Shown piece by piece: positions 26,987-34,788 of a DNA stretch of 51,339 nucleotides; position 1 is the stretch's first letter, and every line of letters starts with the position of its first letter. A program made the position numbers and the translations under genes. The notes below the pieces were generated by a model. The model was not told the origin of the DNA, did no database searches, and saw only the letters and a list, made by a program, of their open reading frames with translations. The stretch is from Actinomycetota bacterium. Its GTDB lineage: Bacteria > Actinomycetota > Actinomycetes > Nanopelagicales > Nanopelagicaceae. The stretch is taken from assembly GCA_027592195.1 (NCBI GenBank), contig JAQCKU010000001.1, positions 1-51,339 of the forward strand, given 5' to 3'.

Positions 26987-27762
26987 TCTCTCCGCAAAAT
27001 AGAGATAAGTCGGAGAATTTCAAGGTAGAGCCAGACAATTGTCACCATAAGGCCGAAGGCTGCTCGCCAAGATTCTTGTTCTGGAGCGCCGGCTGCCACC
27101 ATCTTTGAAGCTTGATCGAAATCAAGAATTAAGAAAAATGAAGCTAGGGCAACACCGAGCGCCGAGATACCTAAACCTAAAATTCCTTGCGAATAAATAC
27201 TTGTGGCGTTAAAGACAAAGACCGCAACAATATTGACAATACCAAGAACTAAATATCCAACAAGAGCTGTCATTAAGATTCGAGTGAATTTTCCTGTTAC
27301 CCGGATCTTTCCACTGCGATATGCATAAAGTGCGCCAACAAATGCTGCCAACGTTCCCATTACCGCCTGACTAACAATGCCCGGGTAGATAGTTTCATAG
27401 AGATGGCTAATAACACCTAGCGCTAGACCTTGCATCGCTGCATAAGCCATAACAAGGGCAGGTCGAATCGTCTTGCTAAAGGCATTAACCATGGCAAGGA
27501 TAAATCCGCCACCAAATCCTATAAAGAGCGCACCTACGCCTAGATCGAGCGACCAAGCCAGCGCGCCAACAGCAACTGCGATCGCGAAAAGGAATCCAGA
27601 TTTGGTAACGATGTCATCCATAGTTACTCGTCCAGTTTGTCGTGGTGAAGCAGAGGGAGCAGCAAACTGCTCCTCTAGCGCAGTAACTTCCGATACTGAA
27701 TCGATGCCCCTGGTATCCATTGCGGCATAACCTCTTTTAAAGACTGGATTTGAGCTACGCAT
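26983..27762 (-). CDS. Bax inhibitor-1 / YccA family membrane protein
   Basis: 259 aa with an N-terminal soluble segment (MRSSNPVFKR...) followed by about 7 TM helices. Strong SD AAGGAG lies 6 nt upstream of the ATG. Confidence 0.7.
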   Translation of the reverse strand: MRSSNPVFKRGYAAMDTRGIDSVSEVTALEEQFAAPSASPRQTGRVTMDDIVTKSGFLFAIAVAVGALAWSLDLGVGALFIGFGGGFILAMVNAFSKTIRPALVMAYAAMQGLALGVISHLYETIYPGIVSQAVMGTLAAFVGALYAYRSGKIRVTGKFTRILMTALVGYLVLGIVNIVAVFVFNATSIYSQGILGLGISALGVALASFFLILDFDQASKMVAAGAPEQESWRAAFGLMVTIVWLYLEILRLISILRRD

Positions 27763-27878
27763 TAATCTCTCCTTAACTCTTCCTGAACTTGCCTTAACGA
27801 TAACTTAGCTATAAAAGTTAACTTCTGCCCGCTGATATCTTCCTTGAAACTTTCTCATATTAAGTTGTGAATCAAAGG

Positions 27879-27951
27879 TGCCCCCGGTGGGGGTCGAACC
27901 CACACTTGGAGGATTTTAAGTCCTCTGCCTCTGCCATTGGGCTACAGGGGC
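27879..27951 (-). tRNA. tRNA with anticodon UAA (Leu by anticodon), but 73 nt long with a 5-nt variable loop (class I shape)
   Basis: The reverse complement folds as: GCCCCUG UA GCCC AAUGGCAG AGGC A GAGGA CUUAAAA UCCUC CAAGU GUGGG UUCGACC CCCAC CGGGGGC A. U8, A14, G18G19 and the UUCGA T-loop are all present. CCA is not encoded. Confidence 0.8.
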
Positions 27952-27986
27952 CCAGAGAGAGGAGTCTACAGCCTGCCAGAAGCGCT

Positions 27987-28832
27987 TCAATCAAGTAGCC
28001 CTCTCTTGGCCGCTCGTCCCTTGCGAATGCTCTCAACGGTCATCAACCAGACAAGTGCGGGCAGAAGATCAAAACTTCGCTTTGCAAACCATTTTGTACC
28101 GTTTGTGATCAACCATTTCATCTCAAACTTTCTTGAGGTATTAACTTCCGTTGGAAGCTTTTTCGCAGAACGTCGCGGCAGTGATAGATGATGCCTAACC
28201 GTGTCGGCAATAAGTTGATGGCCAAGAGCAGATGGGTGCATTCGATCTACATGCCACATATGTCGTTGATGTGCAATTTTTGAATTCCACGTCGGAACGC
28301 AAATCGCAAGACCATCTTTTGCGATCTCTTCGAGAATTTCATTGATGATAATCACACGATCACTCAATATTTGACGGAGCACTAATGGACCTGGTGCTGT
28401 TCTAGTGGGATCTGGAAGCCCTAAAAAGAGAACGAGTGAGCCTAGATCTGCCAAGGGGCGACAGGTTTTTACAAGACAGTCGCGAATTTCTGTCGGAGAA
28501 AAATCTCTACGAAGAGCATCGTTTGTTCCAATACAAATCAAAGTTATATGTGGTTTGTATGCAAGCGCTGCAGGTAATTGATTTTTTGGCAGATCACGTG
28601 CGCGTGCACCATTCTTTGCAACATTAATAAATCGTTTCGCTTTTAAATCATGAGCAATACGCCCTGTCCATCCATATCCAACTGAAGGAATGTCATCACC
28701 GTGATCACCAACTCCAAAGACAGAGCTATCCCCCATTGCAATTATTGAGGGGTTTTCAATATGGCGGAGAGCCAAGGCAAGTTCTGATTGAGTTTTTTGC
28801 AGAGGTAGTGATCCTTTTAGCGATCTCTTCAT
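27987..28832 (-). CDS. SGNH/GDSL-family hydrolase (esterase/acyltransferase-like) with a hydrophobic C-terminal segment
   Basis: Block I IAMGDSSVFGVGD; block III ICIGTNDA; block V HVDRMHPS. ATG 28832 overlaps the upstream GT stop as ATGA; the track start at 28847 is a GTG. Confidence 0.75.
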   Translation of the reverse strand: MKRSLKGSLPLQKTQSELALALRHIENPSIIAMGDSSVFGVGDHGDDIPSVGYGWTGRIAHDLKAKRFINVAKNGARARDLPKNQLPAALAYKPHITLICIGTNDALRRDFSPTEIRDCLVKTCRPLADLGSLVLFLGLPDPTRTAPGPLVLRQILSDRVIIINEILEEIAKDGLAICVPTWNSKIAHQRHMWHVDRMHPSALGHQLIADTVRHHLSLPRRSAKKLPTEVNTSRKFEMKWLITNGTKWFAKRSFDLLPALVWLMTVESIRKGRAAKRGLLD

Positions 28833-29971
28833 GTTGCAACATCCCACCGATAGAATTGGAGTAAGTGATCAGCAGTCTCTTTCCATGTAAATTTCTCCGC
28901 GTGTGCTCGTGTCTTCAACCGAGTCTCTGCGCGATCTAAACGTTCAAATTCACAGATTGCATCAACCCATGCGCTCTGCGAGCGTGGAAGAGCCCGTCCT
29001 GAATCTGCATTGATAATCTCTGAGATTGCGGCCTCAAAACGACAGATGACGGGAGTGCCAGATGCCAGAGTTTCAAGGGCAGCCAAGCCAAAAGTTTCGA
29101 TTGGACCTACCGCCAAAAAGGAAGTAGCTCCTGACATTAATGCAGAAAGCGCATTCTGCTCCGATATGAATCCGAGGAGATGGACGTTGAGCTCTTCTCT
29201 CTCAACTATGCGACGTATTTTTAACTCCAGTGGCCCACTACCCGCAATCACAATAGGAGTCTGAATTCTTCTATTCCTTAACTCGCGCGCTATCTCAAGG
29301 AGAAAATATGGGTCTTTCTCTTTTGATAAGCGGGTACAGGCAAGTACATATTGATCAGGCCACGTCGGCGAAGTTATTTTCTCTTGGCAGATATCTGAAT
29401 CAAACTTTTCAAGATCAACGCCAAGTGGAACTAAGACGAGCTTTGACTTTGGTTTGTCATCAATCGCGAGGCCGATCTGGTGAAATTCTTCTGCGGCAAA
29501 GTTTGTTGTTGCAACAATTCGACCTACTGAATCTCTTGTCAGCTTATTCCAATATTGGACAAGTGCTTTTTGAAAGGGTAAGAAGCGTGCAAAGCTACGC
29601 ACAATTCCATCAACCCGTTCATGGGCGAAGAAAGTGGAGGGGATTCTCTCCTGGCTAGCCCATCGGGCAACCTTAAGTAAAGTTGTTCGATCTGAGACTT
29701 CAATGACATCTGGTCGAAAATCTACAAGATGCCCTACGACCTTATGGGTCTTTAAAATGACTCTATACCCACCTGAAAAGGGAACTCTTGGGGCGGCAAC
29801 AGTGACTCTAGTGATCAAACCTTCAATATTCAGGGAATCAGTCGGGCCCGGGACGACTAGGAGAACCGGATGGCCTTTTCTTGCATATTCACGGCCAAGT
29901 TCATTCATAACCGTCCGTAACCCACCACTCTTGGGGCCATACATGTTGGCAATATGTGCAATCCGGATCAT
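28829..29971 (-). CDS. GT-B fold glycosyltransferase, family GT4-like
   Basis: N-terminal MYGPKSGGL loop and EX7E-type motif ETFGLAALETLASGTPV. Its ATG overlaps the stop of the upstream GT (ATGA). Confidence 0.8.
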   Translation of the reverse strand: MIRIAHIANMYGPKSGGLRTVMNELGREYARKGHPVLLVVPGPTDSLNIEGLITRVTVAAPRVPFSGGYRVILKTHKVVGHLVDFRPDVIEVSDRTTLLKVARWASQERIPSTFFAHERVDGIVRSFARFLPFQKALVQYWNKLTRDSVGRIVATTNFAAEEFHQIGLAIDDKPKSKLVLVPLGVDLEKFDSDICQEKITSPTWPDQYVLACTRLSKEKDPYFLLEIARELRNRRIQTPIVIAGSGPLELKIRRIVEREELNVHLLGFISEQNALSALMSGATSFLAVGPIETFGLAALETLASGTPVICRFEAAISEIINADSGRALPRSQSAWVDAICEFERLDRAETRLKTRAHAEKFTWKETADHLLQFYRWDVAT

Positions 29972-31113
29972 GATGCTTGAACGCTATCGCCTTTTGCACT
30001 CTCTATAACTTCAAAGAAGATCCCAAGCAAGTGAGCGCAGATTACATCCCATGTCTTGCTCTGAACTTTTTCAAAAGCAGCTTTTGACATTGATTTTAGC
30101 TGTGCTTCATCGAAAATAGCCTGTAATACCTTTTTACGAATATCTAGATTTTCACCTGGTCGATATAGATAACCATCTACCCCATTTATAATTAAATCTT
30201 TTGGTCCACCCGCATCAGGTGCAATGACAGGAATTCCTGATGCCATTGCCTCTTGAATAACTTGGCAGAAAGTTTCATTCTCACCTGTTGTCACTAAAAG
30301 ATCCATTGAGGCAATTGCTTTGCTCAGTTCAACTCCACTGAGGTGGCCTGTAAATATTGCACGTGGCAGAGATCTCTCGAGTGTCTCTCGTGTTGGGCCT
30401 TCACCTACGATGATTTGGATAATCTTCTTTCCTGTCAAAATTCCAACATCACCAATTGAGGCAAGCTTATGTACCTGTTTTTCAGGTGCGAGTCTTCCAA
30501 CGAAGCCAATTACAATCGTCTCTGAACCCGCGCCCCATGATTTTCGCAATTTTTGTGAACGCCACCGAGGATTAAATTGCGTTAAGTCTACGCCTCGCCC
30601 CCAATACCTAATGTTTTCAATGCCTAGAGAAATCAAAAACCTAATTGAATGTGTAGATGGTGCCAGAGTTATAGTCGAACCTTTGTGAATTGTTTTTAGT
30701 CTTCGCTCCACCAACGATTTTGCTGTATTTAACCGGTAAAAATCAATAAAGCCAGATACATCAGTCTGATAATTTGCAATAACGGGAATCTGAGAACGCA
30801 AACCTGCTTTGCGTACCTGCTCTCCCAGCAGAAATGGTGATGCTAAATAGATTACATCTGGCTTGAATTCCTTAAGGATGGGAATTAGAGTTTTTACTTT
30901 AACCCGAGGGATATCGATCTGGGCGATAGTTTTCAAAGCGAGCGCAGGAACCCTTAGAACTCTTATTTCTTTAACTTGGACTGGTCCGTCACCTGATGCT
31001 ATAACCAAAACGTCGTGACCGTTTCGTATGAGAAAACGAGCTAGTTGGAGAACTGAATTCGTCACTCCATTGGACCGTGGAAGGAAGGATTCCGCAGAGA
31101 TCAGAACTCGCAT
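29968..31113 (-). CDS. GT4 glycosyltransferase, MgtA/PimB-like (lipid-linked alpha-mannosyltransferase-like)
   Basis: The N-terminus MRVLISAESFLPRSNGVTNSV matches the characteristic start of MgtA-type enzymes of Corynebacteriales (from memory). EX7E motif ETFCQVIQEAMASGIPVIA. I prefer ATG 31113 to the TTG at 31119. Confidence 0.8.
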   Translation of the reverse strand: MRVLISAESFLPRSNGVTNSVLQLARFLIRNGHDVLVIASGDGPVQVKEIRVLRVPALALKTIAQIDIPRVKVKTLIPILKEFKPDVIYLASPFLLGEQVRKAGLRSQIPVIANYQTDVSGFIDFYRLNTAKSLVERRLKTIHKGSTITLAPSTHSIRFLISLGIENIRYWGRGVDLTQFNPRWRSQKLRKSWGAGSETIVIGFVGRLAPEKQVHKLASIGDVGILTGKKIIQIIVGEGPTRETLERSLPRAIFTGHLSGVELSKAIASMDLLVTTGENETFCQVIQEAMASGIPVIAPDAGGPKDLIINGVDGYLYRPGENLDIRKKVLQAIFDEAQLKSMSKAAFEKVQSKTWDVICAHLLGIFFEVIESAKGDSVQAS

Positions 31114-31119
31114 AGTCAA

Positions 31120-31125
31120 TTTATA
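31120..31125 (-). promoter_or_regulatory. Candidate -10 box (TATAAA) for a leaderless GT4-GT4-SGNH operon
   Basis: The minus strand reads G-TATAAA-TTGACT-ATG, so there are exactly 6 nt between the hexamer and the ATG at 31113. Confidence 0.3.
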
Positions 31126-31174
31126 CGGGGTATCTCGCTCTTATCCCTGATTTCTGGGGAAAATCCATTTGAAT

Positions 31175-31193
31175 TCTAGAAGTAATTTCTAGA
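31175..31193. promoter_or_regulatory. 19-bp palindrome TCTAGAA-gtaat-TTCTAGA in the divergent GT / HAD intergenic region (operator candidate)
   Basis: Perfect 7-bp inverted arms at 31175-31181 and 31187-31193, lying between the two divergently transcribed operons. Confidence 0.3.
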
Positions 31194-31272
31194 GCAAAAA
31201 GTCAATATTTGTTTACTTTCTGTTCAGCTCTTTCTTTGATTGAAGAAACTTTTACCTGTCACCCTTCTCAAT

Positions 31273-31947
31273 ATGGAGAGTAAAGGTCAATCTGCTGCAT
31301 TTTTTGATCTAGATAACACTCTTATCGATGGCTCCTCTATCTATTACTTCATCCGGGGACTGTCGAAATCAGGGGAGATTAAATTTCGCGACATCTTTAG
31401 ATTTGCTTGGGATAATTATCGGTTTCGTAAATCCCGCGAAGAGAACACATCGAATATGGCTTATGCAACAAAGAGAATCCTTGACTTTGCCCGCGGCCGC
31501 TCTTTCAGCTTAATTAGTAATCGCTGTGAGGAAATTGTTCATGAATTTTTACCAAAGAAGCTTTTTCCTCAGATGAAAGAGCGAATCGAAGAACATCAAA
31601 GCATCGGCCATCACACCTGGATTATCTCTGCTTCGCCTATAGAAATCGCATCTGTTGTAGCAAAAAAACTTGGCATGACTGGAGCTATCGCAACAACTGG
31701 AGAGGTTGTCAATGGCCACTACTCTGGCAACCTTCCAGATGGTGCCATGCATGGCATCAATAAAGCCCGTGCAATTCAGTCATTGGCAAATGCAAATTCA
31801 TATGACTTGAGTAAATCATTTGCTTATAGTGACTCAGTTAATGATCTACCACTGCTGGTGAGTGTTGGAAATCCTTTCATAGTAAATCCAAATAAAGCAC
31901 TAAAAGTGATTGCAAGAAAAAACCAGTGGCCTGTTCTGGTTGCCTAA
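31273..31947 (+). CDS. HAD-superfamily subfamily IB hydrolase (SerB-like phosphatase)
   Basis: Motif I FFDLDNTLIDG; motif II IISASP; motif IV YSDSVNDLPLL. I chose ATG 31273 so that motif I sits about 10 residues from the N-terminus; the track start at 31240 is a TTG. Confidence 0.75.
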   Translation: MESKGQSAAFFDLDNTLIDGSSIYYFIRGLSKSGEIKFRDIFRFAWDNYRFRKSREENTSNMAYATKRILDFARGRSFSLISNRCEEIVHEFLPKKLFPQMKERIEEHQSIGHHTWIISASPIEIASVVAKKLGMTGAIATTGEVVNGHYSGNLPDGAMHGINKARAIQSLANANSYDLSKSFAYSDSVNDLPLLVSVGNPFIVNPNKALKVIARKNQWPVLVA

Positions 31948-32628
31948 ATGCAGATCTGGACTCACCGAGGTAATCCAGGTCCTGAAAATACTATTGAAGG
32001 ATTTTCCAAAGCCTGGCTAGATGGGATCAGATTCTTTGAAACCGATCTACATTGCACCAGTGATGGGGTTCTAGTTCTCGCACACGATAGCGATATCTCA
32101 AGACTTACTGGAGTACAGAGAAAGATACGAGACTTGACATGGAATGAACTTCGCAAATACAAGATCCAAGGTCAGTTTAATTGGACAACTCTGGATGAAC
32201 TTCATAATCAGTTTAAGCCTGATCGCATCTCACTTGATATCAAATCTAAGGAAGCGGTAAAGCCGTTTCTAGATTGGGCAGGAGGCAAAGATCTAGAACA
32301 CTATGTGGTGGGTTCTTTTTCAGCTAAACGAGTAGTTCAGGTAAGAAATGCTTATCCTCAACTAAAAACTGCGCTCACTCCTAAGGAAGTTCTTCTTATT
32401 GCAACAGGGTTGGGGCATTTACTTCCAGAGCATAGAGCCGAAAGGGTTGCCATGGTTCCACCACGTTTCAATGGCTTCAAGATTCTCAATCAATCCTTCA
32501 TTTCATTTTGCTCCAAGAATAAGATTGAAATTAATGTCTGGACAATAAATTCACAGGAAGAATTCGATTTAATTCGGCATTTAGAGATAAATGGAATTAT
32601 CACTGATAAATATCATCAATTTATCTAG
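31948..32628 (+). CDS. Glycerophosphodiester phosphodiesterase (GDPD family)
   Basis: HRGNPGPENT and FETDLHCTSDGVLVLAHD motifs. The ATG abuts the HAD stop (TAAATG). Confidence 0.8.
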   Translation: MQIWTHRGNPGPENTIEGFSKAWLDGIRFFETDLHCTSDGVLVLAHDSDISRLTGVQRKIRDLTWNELRKYKIQGQFNWTTLDELHNQFKPDRISLDIKSKEAVKPFLDWAGGKDLEHYVVGSFSAKRVVQVRNAYPQLKTALTPKEVLLIATGLGHLLPEHRAERVAMVPPRFNGFKILNQSFISFCSKNKIEINVWTINSQEEFDLIRHLEINGIITDKYHQFI

Positions 32629-33373
32629 TCACTCCAGCAGTTTTTGCAGCTTGCTTAAAGATTCTATCAAGCATTGGTCTTGTAAGTTTTCCGGTAAAAG
32701 TATTCTGTTGACTTGGATGATACGAGCCAATAACAGTGACTTTACGATTATGACTTATGAAGGTGAATTTTGCGCCATGTGAAAACTTAGTTGTTAAAAA
32801 TGTATATCCGAGTTCGCGGAGTGACTTAATTAGTGAATTCCAGGCAAATGAACCAAGTGCTACGTAAACGAAGACTGTTTTACTTGCAATCTCAATTTCA
32901 CGAGTGAGATAAGGTGCACATGCATTACGTTCTTCAATATTAGGTTTGTTTGCAGGGGGAGCACATTTGACTGCGCAAGTAATGCGTGTATCTATAAGCT
33001 CTTGTCCATCTTGAAGAGAAGTACTAGTTGAAATCATTGCAAGGCCTGCCCGATGAAGTGATCGATAGAGCCAATCCCCTGAGCTATCCCCAGTAAAGAT
33101 TCTTCCAGTTCGATTTGCACCATGTGCACCTGGTGCAAGCCCTACGATTAACACTTTGGGGTTATCGCTACCAAATGATGGGAGAGGACGAGCCCAGTAC
33201 TCTTCATTCTTATAAGCTTTTCGCTTTGTGACCGAGATTTCTTCGCGCCATTGAACTAGGCGTGGGCAAGTGATGCAAGCAATGATCTCCTTATTGAGAA
33301 GTGGAAGAGTTTTTGCCGAACTACTCGCCGAACTACTCGCCGAACTACTTGGCAAGAGCCCAGGCCATTCCAT
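32621..33373 (-). CDS. Uracil-DNA glycosylase, family 4/5 (UdgB-like, Fe-S)
   Basis: CITCPRL Cys pair. Motif A GLAPGAHGANRTGRIFTGD lacks the family-4 GE.PG Glu. Motif B HPSQQN. The N-terminal tail carries an (SSSA)3 repeat. Confidence 0.8.
   Translation of the reverse strand: MEWPGLLPSSSASSSASSSAKTLPLLNKEIIACITCPRLVQWREEISVTKRKAYKNEEYWARPLPSFGSDNPKVLIVGLAPGAHGANRTGRIFTGDSSGDWLYRSLHRAGLAMISTSTSLQDGQELIDTRITCAVKCAPPANKPNIEERNACAPYLTREIEIASKTVFVYVALGSFAWNSLIKSLRELGYTFLTTKFSHGAKFTFISHNRKVTVIGSYHPSQQNTFTGKLTRPMLDRIFKQAAKTAGVTR
33315..33350. repeat. Tandem repeat (gccgaactactc) x3, with the last unit ending in t
   Basis: Read directly: 33315-33326, 33327-33338, 33339-33350. It encodes SSSASSSASSSA in the glycosylase frame. 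The third unit contains the ppx stop codon (33347-33345). Confidence 0.95.
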
Positions 33374-34262
33374 CTAAAATATCGGATTCTGAGGCAATAA
33401 ATTCACTCTGACCGGTAGCTCTCATAATCTGCGAGAGAATTAATGATCCTGCTGTTATGACATCAACTCTTCCTTGATGCATATAACCAAGTGTTGCAAT
33501 CTGCTCTCTTGTTGAATTTTGAAATGAGAGTGCAACGCTGTGAACCTTCTGAGCAGGAATGCGAGAAAGATGAATGAGATCGCGATCATAGCTCTCCAAC
33601 TCCAAAGCAGCCGCTGCCACCGTAGTAGCGGTTCCAGCTACTGCAATAAGGGTTTTTGCGCTGAGGATCGGCACTTGCAAGGCAGCTCTGGCAATCGCGC
33701 TATCGATATCTTTCACTGCCGATTCAAGCGCTCCTTTATCAGCGGGACTACTAATTTGATGGCGCTCTGCCATCCTGACGCATCCAATATTGACGCTGAT
33801 AGAAGCCTCCACCCCTTGATATCCATAGACAAATTCTGTTGATCCACCGCCAATATCAACCACTAAAAATGGCGCTAAATTTGAATCAAGAGTTCGGGTG
33901 GCACCAATAAAAGATAGTTCGGCTTCTTCTTCACCGGTAATCACCTCTGGATCAATTCCTAAAATATTTCGGACCCCATCAATAAATATCTCTCTATTCT
34001 TTGCATCTCTTGTAGCGCTTGTTGCACAGAAACGAATTTTTTCAACACCACGTCTTCTTATCTCAAGAGTAAATTCCGCTAGCGCTTCAAGAGTTCGCTC
34101 CACTGCTGCTGGAGAAAACTCACCTTTGGTATCAACACCTTCACCTAATCGGACAATTTTCATATCACGAAAAATTTCTCTGAAATAATCTCCGCTTCCA
34201 ACTTCTGCTATTAAGAGTCGAATGGAATTGGTTCCACAATCGATAGCGGCAACTCTAACCAC
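33345..34262 (-). CDS. ppx: Exopolyphosphatase / guanosine pentaphosphate phosphohydrolase (Ppx/GppA family)
   Basis: ASKHA phosphate loops AAIDCGTNSIRLLIAEV and VVDIGGGSTEF. I prefer GTG 34262 (GTGGTTAG overlaps the DUF501 stop) to the longer track ORF. Confidence 0.85.
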   Translation of the reverse strand: MVRVAAIDCGTNSIRLLIAEVGSGDYFREIFRDMKIVRLGEGVDTKGEFSPAAVERTLEALAEFTLEIRRRGVEKIRFCATSATRDAKNREIFIDGVRNILGIDPEVITGEEEAELSFIGATRTLDSNLAPFLVVDIGGGSTEFVYGYQGVEASISVNIGCVRMAERHQISSPADKGALESAVKDIDSAIARAALQVPILSAKTLIAVAGTATTVAAAALELESYDRDLIHLSRIPAQKVHSVALSFQNSTREQIATLGYMHQGRVDVITAGSLILSQIMRATGQSEFIASESDILDGMAWALAK

Positions 34263-34758
34263 AGCACGACCCGCTCTCCCACCAAGGAGTAAGAGCTGAG
34301 AGCGCTTCATCTCCAAGTGGATTAACTCCAGGACCAACTGCAAGTGAGTGGGCTATAAGTGCATGTAAACATTTGACTCGTTCGGGCATTCCGCCAGCAG
34401 AGATATCTGCAATCTCTGGAACATCAAGTGAGAGCTGCTTAGCTAATACATCTCGTGTTGCAATGTAATCATCATGTGCAGCTCGATATTCACCCGCTAA
34501 TTCAGGATCCTCCTTAAGGCGCTGCGTCATCTGAACCATTAAGCCACTTCCCTCCAAAGTTGAAATTGCACTCGTAAGCTTTGGACAGGTTGCATAGTAA
34601 TAAGTAGGAAACGGCGTTCCATCAGCAAGGCGAGGTGGGGTCTCTACAACATCGGGTCTTCCACAAGGACAGTAGTGGGCGATCGCATGTACATCGCGAG
34701 GAGCTCTCCCCAATTGAATTTCAATGGCCTCAAGATCACTCTGATTTGGTTTGCTCAT
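34255..34758 (-). CDS. DUF501 domain protein
   Basis: HYCPCGRPDVVETPPRL ... PFPTYYYATCPKL. Lies in the conserved slot between ftsB-like and ppx in actinobacteria. Confidence 0.7.
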   Translation of the reverse strand: MSKPNQSDLEAIEIQLGRAPRDVHAIAHYCPCGRPDVVETPPRLADGTPFPTYYYATCPKLTSAISTLEGSGLMVQMTQRLKEDPELAGEYRAAHDDYIATRDVLAKQLSLDVPEIADISAGGMPERVKCLHALIAHSLAVGPGVNPLGDEALSALTPWWESGSCCG

Positions 34759-34788
34759 TATTTACTTCAAAATCTCTTGAAAAGAGAT

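Noticed and set aside
27879-27951. Reading the odd tRNA locus on the plus strand, where the anticodon loop would be UU-UUA-AG, an ochre (UAA) suppressor anticodon.
   Set aside because: Only the minus strand gives the canonical tRNA landmarks: U8, A14, G18G19, the GGUUCGACC T-arm, U33 and a purine at position 37. The plus strand would put the reverse complement of the T-loop at the D-arm position. The suppressor reading is therefore a mirror-image artefact.
22205-33373. A classical tRNA-integrated genomic island, with an integrase, att direct repeats and a compositional shift, around the tRNA(UAA) gene.
   Set aside because: There is no integrase, recombinase or transposase ORF. I could not spot a direct repeat of the tRNA 3' end. 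Hand GC counts are heterogeneous in the core genes too: adnB lines are about 30-38% GC, while typA and ispH lines are about 57-60%. Composition therefore does not delimit an island. Only the synteny break and the gene functions suggest an accessory character.
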